Origin: Stegostoma tigrinum
Taxonomy: Eukaryota
DNA: 64,000 nucleotides
NCBI RefSeq assembly: GCF_030684315.1
Contig: NC_081362.1
Location: forward strand, 43,861,744-43,925,743
Reading direction: 5' to 3'
Shown piece after piece: positions 1 to 11,224 of the stretch; position 1 is the first letter of the stretch, and each line of letters begins with the position of its first letter. The position numbers and the translations under genes are program-made. The notes under the pieces were generated by a model, which saw nothing but the letters and a program-made list of their open reading frames with translations, was not told the DNA's origin and searched no databases.

Positions 1-76
1 AAACTCCACACAGACAGTCGCCTGAGACTGGAATCGAACCCGGGTCCCTGGCGCTGTGAGGCCACTGTGCCACCCC
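1..76 (-). mobile_element. 5' tRNA-derived head of an HE1/V-SINE-type SINE (cut by the window edge)
   Basis: Reverse complement reads GGGTGGCACAGTGGCCTCACAGCGCCAGGGACCCGGGTTCGATTCC..., with an A-box-like start and B box GGTTCGATTCC. Same family as 33590-33890. Confidence 0.8.
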
Positions 77-1077
77 CTAAAATATATGTATCAAACCTGG
101 TTTGTCATCATCAAAACAAAGTTTAAAAAACATTTTAATTCTGCATCTTTATTGAGCATTTACCAATTAGTAATACCAGTAAGCACCTAAACTTTCTGGG
201 TCATGTTTATGCAGTCATGTTTATTTATTTGACTAAAATCACACTTCTTGAAAATAGTCATCGGATGAAAAATTAATCCTGGTAAACTAATTTCTTGCAA
301 TTTCCTGATGTCTTTTGCACATGTATTTGGGTATCCTAGCATTTGTAAATGATAACTTATTGTAAGTCAAACATTAATATACTGTTGAGTATCAATGCAA
401 GTCTGTTAGGAATAGATTGTTGGCAATAAGCTATAAAATGATAGTCGAGAGAAAATCACCATAAAGCAGTTGTTAGAAAAACAGCCAGGATGCAGCACCT
501 CTTTGTTCTCAACAGAAATTCTAATAAACACGGTTATTACAACAGATATATCACTTTAAATTTCTATTACATTTTTGTTTTTCTAATTTTAGTACATTCA
601 ATATATTTTGCACAAAGTATGATGCCATACATGCAGAATTTGTCAATTCTGCACCTTAGAACTGCAACAACATGGAATTAAGGCTTAATTATAAAAGAAA
701 GGTAAAATTAATCAAGGACAGATGCAGAAATAGCACATTAACTTTTCAAAGTAAGCCCCTCTAACCTCTCAAAATTGATTTATGGCAGTTTACAATACAG
801 TTGGACTGATAAGTCAACATCTTCAATTCCTTTGTGTATAAGGCACATAAATAAAGCTTACATGAAAAGTAACCACTTCTTTTAAATTACTAACTGTCCT
901 CCCACAAAATCTAGAATAAAGCCCAGCTGTCACTTTCAGCTGAGGAGAGGTTTCCGCAGCCAATCAGAGTCCTCTTTCTGAGCTCAGCAGCTAGGCCACA
1001 GCTCCCCCTAGCGATAAACACCACATGTTATTCTGCCATAAGCCCTGCATGTGATGGGCGCTAAGAGTCCTGGCGAT

Positions 1078-1492
1078 ATATAACACGGAAACAGACTCTA
1101 CGGTCCAACTCGTCCATGCCAACCAGATATCCTGTATAAATTAGTTGCATTTGCCAGCATTTGGCCCATATCCCTTCGAATCCTTCCTATTCATGTACCC
1201 ATCCCAATGTCTTTTAAATGTTGTAATTGTACCAGCATCCATGACTTCTGGCAACTCATTTCATGCATGCACCACTCCCTATGTGAAAACGTTGTCCCTT
1301 AGGTCCCTTTTATATCTTTCCTCTCTTACCTTAAACTTAATCCCTGGGGAAAAGACATTGCTTATTTACCCTTTCCATGTACCACATGATTTTATAAACC
1401 TCTATAATATCACCCCACAGCCCCCGACACTCCACGGAAAATAGCCTCAGCTTCTTCAGCCTCTCTCTGTAGCTCAAACCCTCCAACCCTGG
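1078..1492 (-). mobile_element. CR1-type LINE 3' fragment
   Basis: Antisense resembles the CR1 RT C-terminus and 3' UTR seen in the longer copies at 11225-11600 and 63500-63940. Confidence 0.7.
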
Positions 1493-2165
1493 ACTGCTCC
1501 AGGCTAACTTAATACCTACATTTTTTATATTTTTAAAGTTTAATCATGAGATATGTCTCAATAAAAACATATAATCAGAAAGAATTCTACTCACTATTAT
1601 AAGTTTACAAAATCAAACTAGACACTTTGTTGCTCCCTTGTTGAGATCTCCCCACAAAAGTTTCTCCAAGGTCACCTGTGAATTTTGCAGTGTTTATTTT
1701 TCTTAGAGAACCTGATGTCCAGAGGAACCTTAAATCAAACAACAGAGGCAGTAGATGTGAAGGTCACTGCTGGGTCAGACAGCAGTGTTGGTTTCTTTCT
1801 CCTTCATTTCCCACCATTTGTTCACTGCCGTTGTCTCCCTTCCTCCTTTGTAAAAGGGCCATTGTTTTGATCTTTTCTTCCTAAAGTTCCAAAACAATAC
1901 AACAGCTTATAAAACAGTAATTACTGCTCCTAGAATTCGAAGTCAGCTCTAACAGTCACAAATTTTTTAACTGTCCTCCATTTTGGATTACCCAGAATCA
2001 TTCTCAGCAAATAAAGTCAACAATTACATCTATAGGTGCAGAGATGGTGATTTGCATTTAACCCATGCCCGTCGATTGCAAAGCAACTCGCAGCCCTACG
2101 TCATCCTCCCTGTTTGTTTCAATTATTTCCACATTCAGGCAACACTAATAATCTTACTTATTGCA

Positions 2166-2355
2166 ACAAAAACCAAAAATTGCTGGAGAAACTCAGCATG
2201 TCTGGCCAGAACCTGACCAGAACTTCTGATGAAGGGTCATTGAACCTGAAACATCGACCCTGCTTTCTCTTCGCAGATGCTGCCGGACCTGATGAGTGTT
2301 TTTTCCCAGTAATTTCTCATTTTGTTTCAGGTATCCAGCAGTTCATTATCTTTTG
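2166..2355 (+). mobile_element. Short PLE-derived hammerhead element (family B) with a partial inverted arm
   Basis: CTGATGAAGGGTCATTGAACCTGAAACATC at 2226-2255, then the AGATGCTGCC tail. 2166-2206 is an inverted copy of that tail. Confidence 0.75.
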
Positions 2356-2625
2356 TTTAACACTGTTCATTGTCTGAATTACTCTACAGGGAGCCAGATC
2401 AGGAGTGCTTAGCACTAGCCAAGTGTTTTCTGCCCTGGTTAAAATGAGACTGCCTCACTTAGAAGTGGAGCTTTTTGAGGCTGGGGTAGGCACTGACAGT
2501 CCTGTAGGAAGTCATATTGACCTAAGAAGCATTGCTGTGGAGGTCAATGCTAGAAATTTAATCCCAAGAGCCTGGATGCCAGAAGAGGCTAAATGTCTTC
2601 ATGTGAGCTGCCAAGATTAGTGAGT

Positions 2626-2779
2626 GTATCTTCAGCAAGTTTTTCTAAATGGTATTGCTCTCCCAGAACTGCAGTTCTGAGGAAGTGTCACCAGACCCGA
2701 AATGTTAACTCTGTTTTCTCCTTCACAGATGCTGCCAGACCTGCTGAGATTTTCCAGCAACTTTGTTTTTGTTCTTGAT
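2626..2779 (+). repeat. Hammerhead element plus ~45 bp of flank; left arm of an inverted repeat
   Basis: CTGAGGAAGTGTCACCAGACCCGAAATGTT at 2677-2706. The segment matches the reverse complement of 3601-3747. Confidence 0.8.
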
Positions 2780-3228
2780 AAATATGGAACTCTGTAGTTA
2801 CAACATCAGCAGTCATACCCCTGGTGAATGCATCTCATACCTTGCATGTTCATTGCAGGGTTGTCAGTCTCACACCTACATTGCTCAGCTTTTCACCCAT
2901 GACAACCATGTCCCCCGGTAAAGAGGAGGTGGGAACTAGCTGAAGGAGGAATATCCCCATGGATGAAATTGAGCCACTCCTTACTGGGATGGCCATTGCT
3001 GAGGTTGTGTTTGGGGTGGAGTTGAAAGTCTCAGTTATAGTAATATCATCATGCTCTTCATCCTACATTCCCTTCTAATTTACAAGCTACTGGTGATATA
3101 AATTTGAATAATATGTACTAACTAGCAGAGCTGTTGATGCAGTGGAGGTTAAAAACTGATGTAAAGTTCTGAAGCACAACCTCAAGCCAAACATAGCCTC
3201 TCAAGACCATGACAAAGTAAAGAAAAAC

Positions 3229-3441
3229 TTGAGAAAGTTTTCTCCAACAAAAAGCAAGTGCAGTAGTGAAAATGTACTGTCAACCTTAAAGCCGGAGCAG
3301 AAAGTCTGGTTAAGGCACGGGAAGTCAGAAGCCTCAGTCATCGGACTAAAAGATCAAACAAGACTTTACATTGTCAGAAGGCCTAAAGGGAATTTCAGGA
3401 TGAAAAGAAAGGCATTGATCCTATTCCATGCAAAACTGTGA
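3229..3441 (+). pseudogene. Gypsy-type integrase C-terminal remnant
   Basis: LSTLKPEQKVWLR...RLYIVRRPKGNFRMKRKAL resembles the L.PG..VW...RSY.V....G..RRNR..L C-terminus of Gypsy pol proteins. Confidence 0.5.
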
Positions 3442-3597
3442 CTGGCTGTCAGAGGATATGCGTGGCTGTACTTGGACGAGATCAAATGGTGCACTTAGTG
3501 ATCCAAACATTCCAGGCACAACATCACACTATCAACCTGGCATTGAAATTGAACGAACCAAATCAAAACATGTCCAGTCAGAGTTCCATACTTATCA

Positions 3598-3747
3598 CAA
3601 ACAAAAATAAAGTTACTGGAAAAGCTCAGCAGGTCTGGCAACATCTGTGAAGGAGAAAACAGATTAAACGTTTCGGGTCCAGTGACACTTCCTCAGAACT
3701 GCTATTCTGGGAGAGCAAGGCCATTTAGAAAAACTTGTTGGTGATAC
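3598..3747 (-). repeat. Hammerhead element plus flank; right arm of the inverted repeat
   Basis: Reverse complement contains CTGAGGAAGTGTCACTGGACCCGAAACGTT and the same upstream flank as 2626-2676. Confidence 0.8.
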
Positions 3748-3749
3748 TT

Positions 3750-4925
3750 CTCGAGTATTTTGAGATACCTGCTATAGTTTTTCCATGGCCCCAAAGTCAA
3801 TAGCAATTTGGATGTCATTGCTACCTGGTAAATCATAACATTAGTTTCTCGGTCCCAACATACAGAAAATGGTCCACATTTTGCAGGATATTGTCATTGA
3901 TCTTAATCAAAGATGCAAGATATGTGATCAGTGGAAGGCTAATTTCCTCATTTGTTTCAAAGGATTTAACAATGATCTGAAGTTCTTTTACCAGCTAGCC
4001 ATTTCCTTGATAGGCACCCAAATAAGCATGGCTCTCAGAAGTTCTTGGATATTTTAGGGTGTGGGCCATAGATTATCTGGCACTGAAGAACACTCTGAAG
4101 AAATCAGGCACCTCTTTGGTGTTCATGAATTATTGGATCTTCTGTCCTCTACCCTTTATTTGTTCTTGGTACTTTTCACACTACTGGTTTTTTACACCAC
4201 TGTTACCTTCAACCACTTGTAGGATTGCCAATTTTCTTTTGAGATGTGACAAAATTTCCAGTCAATGAAAAGTTTATACTTATACCCAGTTTGTTCCTGC
4301 ACGTCTTGAGTATTTTCATGAAATAATTTCCTATAGAGGCCAAGGACTACTTCATAGGTGCTTGATATAGGAGGCTTTAGGTTAAACAGTCATTTTGGGC
4401 ATCCTGTAGCTACTGATAATTGGAAGTTAAGAGTTTGAGGCATTTATGATATTTTTAGGGCCTTCATTGTGAATTTTCTTATGGCATTACTCCTTTTGTC
4501 TCTGTTAGTGGAGATGTCACATGGGATAAGGCAGTCAACAACATTAGTTATAGCCATAGTATTATGTTGAAAATTACAATCTGGGGTATGCTGTGAAATC
4601 TTTTGACAATTGTCTCTATTTGCAATCAATGAAAAATATGTAATGTAGAGGCTCCAGCTGCAGAGGACAAAATGGCAGGCCCTCTTTTATGATAGTGCGT
4701 TCTGAGGAAGACACTTTGCCTGATGGGTGCGTATGGAGATTTTGCTGCACAATTGCCATGATTTTCTAGTTACCATTTTTTCATTCAAAAATCATGGACA
4801 GGGCACCTCTGGTGTGTCAATGGCTACACTGGTTAAGATAGGCTTCCAAATGGAATCATCATTTTGTGGAACTCTCCTTGAAAATGCAAAGAGTTTGCTT
4901 AACACCTTCTTCATTTTGCCCAAGT
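3750..4925 (-). mobile_element. Degenerate RTE-like LINE RT region
   Basis: Antisense fragments QLEPLHYIFFID (cf. PLY..FID), GCPK and IKINDNILQNVDHFLYVG (cf. LE.VD.F.YLG) resemble RTE-clade RT motifs; many stops and frameshifts. Confidence 0.5.
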
Positions 4926-4926
4926 A

Positions 4927-5179
4927 CCAAAGTGAGAATCCAAGATAATGAAATGTGAGGCTGGATGAACACAGCAGGCCCAGCAGCATTTCAGGAGCAC
5001 AAATGCTGACATTTCGGGTCTAAACCCTTCATCAGACCTGATGAAGGATCTAGGCCCAAAACGTCAGCTTTTGTGCTCCTGAGATGCTGCTGAGCCTGCT
5101 GTGTTCATCCAGCCTCACATTTCATTATCTTGGGTTCTCCAGCATCTGCAGTTCCCATTATCTAGCCAATGTGAGAATC
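4927..5179. mobile_element. Fold-back PLE hammerhead element (family A) with TSD
   Basis: Inverted arms meet at 5035-5038. Hammerhead cores at 5008-5035 (-) and 5038-5065 (+; GAAA>AAAA). Flanked by CCAA[A/T]GTGAGAATC at 4927-4940 and 5166-5179. Confidence 0.85.
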
Positions 5180-6439
5180 TAGCCATTGTGAGGGACAATC
5201 ATACCACATGCATCAAGACATTCACATTGCATCGACTTGTATATATAAATTCTTGAATATAGATATTTATTTGTGACCGCACTGGTGGTCTTACATCAAA
5301 AGCTAGCCACTGCCAAAATCTGACCCTCCTGCTTCTACAGTGATCAACTTGGTCCAATCATAAAAGACACCACCCTAACAAAATTAAGTAATTCACGAAT
5401 TAATCACAGATCACCAGCACAGTTAAGAATAGTTTGTGTTTTTTAAACTTAGTTTGTCACATCTCAAGAGAAAATTGTCAATCTTACAGATGGTTGAAGG
5501 TAGCAGTAATGTAAAAACCCATGATACGGACAACTAACAAAGGGTAGAGGGCAGAAGATCCAGAATTCATGAACACCAAAGTTGGCTGATTGTAAAAAAG
5601 AAGGGAATTGTTGTCATGGTTATGGATTATGTAATTGTTCTCTATGCTGTCTTTCAAGAGGCTTGTTAGAACTTTTTTGTATATGGTATTATTGAAAATA
5701 GAGAAATTTAACTTAAAGGTTGGTAAATGGACTAGAAACAGTAGGATAAATGGCTACTGTGCAGATTGGAGACGAGTCAAAAGTGGTACCCCCATGAATC
5801 AGTGCTTTGTGCACTTCTGCTCTTGATACTTGCAGATAAGTTGGTTTTAAGTATAGGGAACAAATTTTAGAATCTCTTGAGGTCACAGAAGTAGGAAGCT
5901 TTGAAATCACTGAGCAGAACTGTAAATGCTTTTACGAAGCCATCAAGAGGTCAATGAAACATTAAACTACATCTCATGTGAATAGCTGTGAGGCACTACA
6001 TTTTGAGAGGAAAAGCAGAGAGTGAAATACACAATGACAATATGCATTTAGATAGCACCATTATTGAGGGAAAATATTCCAAGCAATTGGCTGAACATAA
6101 TCAAATAAAAATAGATTCCAAGATAAATGATTAAAAAAATTGACCAAAGCCCTGGTCAAAGTGATGCATTTTAAGGAAAATTTTGAAGAATGAGAGAGTG
6201 CTGGACAGGTGGAGGTATTCAGCAGGGGACACTCAAGAATAGAATCAGGACTGATGAAGTTAAGCCTACCACCAATGGTAAAGAAATACACAAAATGCCA
6301 GAGACAGAAGAACAGAGAGTTCGGAGAAGGTAGAACTGATGAGGTTTTAGAATTCAATGACGTTACAAAGGTCAAGGGGGAAAAGGTTATAATTTTAAAA
6401 AGGATATAGAACGAAGGCATCAAAATATATTCAAAGAAA

Positions 6440-7560
6440 TGACAGCCTCTGACCTTCTTTTGTAGCTATAGTAAGGTTGATCCAGCTAAATTTCTGGTCA
6501 ATCCCAACTCCACTCCCTTCACCAGGATGTCGATGGTGTTGGATTCAATTGCAAATCAGTGGAACGTCACAGAGAAATAATTACATTCTTTCATGTTAGA
6601 GACTGTTATTGCCTGGTACTTAATTATGGGATGTGAATGCTGCTTTTCCAAGCCTGAACGTTATCCAGGTCTTGCTCTACACAGGCATGAACTTCTTCAG
6701 TATCTGAGAAGATGCAAACATCCCCACTTCTGAACATATAATGAAGAGAAGATCAATAATGAAGCAGTTGAAGATGACAGGGCCTGAAGCACCACACCAG
6801 AAAACTCTGACAGTTGTGTCCTGGCACTGAGCTCTTTGGCTTCAAACAATCACAAACATGATCCATTGGGCTGGGAACAACTTTGAACATTCCTCAAACA
6901 CTTCTAATGAAGGGTCACCAGACCCGAAATGTTAATTCTGTTTTCTCCTCCACAGATGCTGCCAGACCTGCTGAGCTTTTCCAGAAACTTTGTTTTTGTT
7001 CCTGATTTACAGCTTCCGCAGTTCTTTTGGTTTTTAACTTTGAACATTGGTTAGTCTTTCCCCTGATTCTTACTAACATCAATTCTACCATGGTTTCTTG
7101 ATGCAACAGTTAAACATTGTTTTGATAGGGAGAGCAAGCATTGGCCCTTTGCTCCTGAAGTTCAGCAATTTTTAGCCAGCTTTGGACAAAGGCTGTAATG
7201 AGGTCCCGATCTGAGAGGCAAAGCTGAGTTTCAGTAAGCAGATGACTGCTGAGCAAGCGTCTCTTGACCACATTGCCAATGATATTCATCACCTTGCTAA
7301 TTATTGAGAGTAGGCTGATGGAGCAGTGTTTGACTGGATTGGATTTACTCTGTCTCTTTTTTGTGGACAGGACACACCTGATAATTTTTCACATTCTCAA
7401 GTAAGTATCAGTATTGTGCCTGGATTGGGAAAGCTTGGTTGTTACAGTTAGTTCTGGAGCACAAGTCTTCAGTACTACAGTTGAGATGTTATCATAAATT
7501 CTGTATTTAATACCTTCAGCTCTTTCTTAATATCACATGGAACGAGTGGGTTGGCTAAGT
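6440..7560 (-). mobile_element. Degenerate non-LTR retrotransposon RT region
   Basis: Collinear similarity to 15600-16740 (shared cttcagta[t/c]ctga, aaacatc..c..ttctga, aaggctgtaatgaggtc). Interrupted by the 6879-7048 element. Confidence 0.6.
6879..7048 (+). mobile_element. Monomeric hammerhead element (family B) with 13-bp TSD
   Basis: CTAATGAAGGGTCACCAGACCCGAAATGTT (mutated core) plus tail. AACTTTGAACATT at 6879-6891 and 7036-7048. Confidence 0.8.
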
Positions 7561-7879
7561 CTGGTATTTGTGGACTGAATCTTACCAGAAATCAATGAAG
7601 TGTCATTTTCATTGAGTTTCTTTTGGGGATTCGTTCCTCAAGGCCTAACACAATTTCACATGCTGTTATCCCAAATTCAATTCATTGGCTAAGTACCATG
7701 ATCCTACAGCACAGTTCCCATCCAACGCTAGCTCAAATCTCTCAGTCATCACAGGTGGGCATAATCACGACTACCAGGATATTCTGGGATTTGTGGTGCC
7801 AGTGCCATCCTTAAAAGGATGGTGAGCATCAGGACAAGCACTGTCATCAGCAGCTCTCCCGTATGCTCATGATATTTGC

Positions 7880-8420
7880 CTTGGACAATGCAGATAAGAG
7901 GAAATTGGCACCCTACTTTGTGTAGAAGACCTGGAGGTCCTGGTGGATGGGATGCTGTAGAGGAGAATAGCAGAGGAGGCCACAACACCAGACCTTGCCA
8001 GCCAGGTTCAAGGTTGCCAGCCAAGTCAGTTCGGTTTCAGACATCCAGAGGAACACATAACTCTACCATAAGAAGGTCAATGACCTTGTCCTCTCCCCCA
8101 AGATAGTACCACAATTTTCTCTTTGCTCCTTCACACTCATTCAATCTGTACTACTACATCAACCTCCTACCAAGGCTCATGATCTACCACTTTCACTGTT
8201 ACATCCAACATCTTCTCTCATTCACGCTCACCTATCAAATCTCACGGATGGCCGGTGTGCGAGGTCTCTGCACATCCTACTCACTCACTCAGGACACCTC
8301 AACACCTTCCCCCTATCTGCATCAGCACTAGCAGTGTTGCCAACCACTTCCATTGCACTCAGTCCCTTCCTTTGTCTCATTTCAGGAGGAAAGGGCCCAC
8401 CACAGGGCAGAAAAAGCAAG
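7880..8420 (+). pseudogene. PIF/Harbinger Myb/SANT-like ORF remnant
   Basis: Fragments KLAPYF..DLEVLVDGM and KVASQVSSVSDIQRNT*LYHKKVNDL match the pattern of Harbinger Myb/SANT-like DNA-binding proteins. An acceptor-like tttcag|GAGGAAAGG lies at ~8385. Confidence 0.5.
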
Positions 8421-9899
8421 GTTAGTTGTAAGAGTACCTGAAATTCAGCTCCTCACGCTCTACAAGGAGATGACCCTGACCAGGACCATGTCCATATCCC
8501 TGACAGATATTGCATGAAGTCCCTGAATGACAGCTGTCCCTGGATTGGACTGAGGGCTATTCCCATTTAAGAATTGAAAGCTGCATATTAATGAGGTGAG
8601 TTTTGTTAGTCATGAGGTTATTATGGGTGGTAATTCCTGTCAATAAGCCTCTTGCCACTAATTAGCAAGAATCTCATCTCTACCTCCAGGATTTGTTTGG
8701 AAAGTTTGATTTTTGGGTCTTAACATGGAGAAGGGCCTTGGGTGACATTTTAGCTGATACTGCCCTTCATTTTTGTCATAGTCCACATTCTGCAGGGCCT
8801 GGGAAATTTCCAGTGTTTGACACTAGAAAACTCAGTAGGAGATTGAGATAAATCATCTACTCAGAACTTTTGACTGAAGTCATGCACAAATCATACATTT
8901 TTTTAAATATCAATATGTTGGAAGCTCCACCATCATTGAGGAAAGGGATGTTTGTAGAGCCTCCTCCTCCAGTTAGTTGTTTAATTGTCCTCCACCATTC
9001 ATGACTGGATGTAGCAGGATGATGCAGTAGCTGAGATATTGCTAATTTAAATTTGCGTGAAACAGAGACTCATTTACGCAGAGGTTAACAGACAAGTAGT
9101 ATATATGATGCTTGTAGCAATTACAAGATAAAAGTAACCATGACAATTACAGCAGCAACATGTAATTGGTAATTTAATTAGAGTCATTCAAATTAACTTA
9201 AAGTAATCAATATAACTATTTTTCCATGCTAAATAATTGATTCAATTCAATTACTTTTCAAGTAAGGTGCTCAGCATTCAGCATCCTTTTATCCCATTTC
9301 ATTTAAGGATCGGTAATTTTCAATGAAATCCTATTTACCATAAACTAAAATAATTGTTTGTTTAAACTGCATTTTTACATAAAGGAAAGCCAGTGATAAA
9401 AAGACTCATATTCTGACTCATGTCCACTTCTGAGTTGCAGAATGTAAACATGGTACTTCCAATGCTGGAAAAATAACTGTTAACACATTCATGATTGTAA
9501 TGTGTCAATTAATCAGAAATTCCAAGGTTGATGAGTTAGTAGCAGAGTTACAAATATTGATACATTACTCATTGATTTACACCACTTTTGTTTGCCTCGC
9601 ACAAATATCATCTAGTCCTTACACTCCTTAATGATAAGGACTTGCTGGATTTGAAAATTAATTGCCAAATAAAATTGCAACAGAAAGTTAGGGGTCATAA
9701 TTAATAAAATGTCCTTTTAATGCCAGGGTCATTGTTGATGCACTGGCACTCAAACTCTCTTGACCCACAAAGGCTACAATTTAAGCTATTCATTCACAAT
9801 CCTACAAACAGTAAATTTTTTTTCAAGTTGTGAAACAATTAAACTTTTACATTTAATATGCATTACTTTTTTCCTGTTTCTTGTCTTTCACTCTTTTAG

Positions 9900-9963
9900 A
9901 ACAGGTTTAAACCCTCACTGAAACCTACCAGCTGCCGGTGTCACAACATCAGCCACAGAGCAG
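9900..9963 (+). other. Candidate small spliced exon (host gene or lncRNA unknown)
   Basis: ~30-nt polypyrimidine tract ending TTTTAG (9899; alternative AACAG at 9904) and donor CAG|GTAAGG at 9963/9964, in non-repetitive AT-rich sequence. Confidence 0.35.
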
Positions 9964-10299
9964 GTAAGGACTACACTGCCAATACTTGTAAAGTTGACTG
10001 CAATGAACATTGATGCATCTAGCCTCTACTAGGAGGGAGCTGGGGACATATGCAATGTCTGCCAGATTTAGACTCGATTATCTTATTCCTTCTTACCAGA
10101 GATCAGCAGTGGAGCGGTCACTTAGCATTGCTAAGGTTGCAGGTTCTCAATGCTGTAATGCTCCAATGCTCCAATGACTGTTTACCCATTGCTTTGCATC
10201 ATATGTCAGCTCTGTCTTACCCCAGAGCGGGGTCATTTTCCCTTATTGTCCAGATACTGTATGACCATTTCCTGTAAGTCATAGAAGTCAATGTCTAGT

Positions 10300-10600
10300 A
10301 CAGAGTTTAGTACCAGAGGGTATGATCGCAGAGTAAAGGGTCAGCCAATTAAAACAGAGAGAAGGGGGGATTTCTTCACATAGAGGATAGAGCATCTGCA
10401 GAATTCTTTATCTTATAGGGCTGTCGAGGTTGGGTCATTAACTATATTCAAGACTGAACAGATTTTTAACCAGGAACTGAATCAAGGCTTATGGACAAAC
10501 ACAGAAAAATGGGACTGGAGATTTTTACATCAGCCATGATCTCATTTGAATTTCATCACAGACTTGATGTGTTAATAAGATATAAGACCATTATAGCTTA
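10300..10600 (+). mobile_element. CR1 LINE 3' end fragment
   Basis: Similar to the 3' end of the CR1 at 20500-20800 (TRGH/FFTQRV-coding region and cagccatgatc). Confidence 0.6.
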
Positions 10601-11038
10601 TGGTCTTATCCTGAGAGAATGCCTTGTTTTATGGCATTTAAGCATTCAAACCATCATGAAGCACAAAGGTGGCTCCAGGTCTACAAGGGTTACCCACTGA
10701 CACATAGCTGATGGCTCTAGTGGGCAGCATGAAGGGAATGAAAACTCTACTACCACACAAGGTAAGGGGGATAAAAAAAAAGGCTGTCTTGCTGAATTAA
10801 GGCACCTACTGGCATGCAGGGAGTGCTGCCTGATTTATTGTTCACGAGCTCCCCAGGCTTATGTCGTGGACTGTGGTGTGTTGGAAAAACACAGGAGGCA
10901 GATGCTTCAGAGGCCAAGAAAACCCTGACTTTATTGAAAAACAAGCAAATTGAATGTTTACAGGAAAAACAAGAAAATGAACATCAAACCAAACCATGAA
11001 TAACTGAGACCTCTCTGCCGATTCCCCCCCAACCCCCC

Positions 11039-11040
<2 letters not shown>

Positions 11041-11097
<57 letters not shown>
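11041..11097. repeat. (AC)28 microsatellite
   Basis: Perfect dinucleotide run, read directly. Confidence 0.99.
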
Positions 11098-11100
<3 letters not shown>

Positions 11101-11224
11101 AAACTTTGCAGCCAAGACTTGTTACAGTGGGTTTAATAGTTACAGTTGGTGGCTGTCAGGAAAGAGAGACAGACAGAGATAACCTCCTAACACAAAGTCC
11201 TATCCCACATCGCTTCCTTAGGGA

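Noticed and set aside
6950-7025. SECIS-like TGAG...TGAT pairing in the family-B tail
   Set aside because: The intervening sequence does not form helix II, and the PLE ORF here has no in-frame TGA to recode.
10842-11096. Cys/Val-rich ORF (MCVCVCV...)
   Set aside because: It is a translation of the (AC)n microsatellite.
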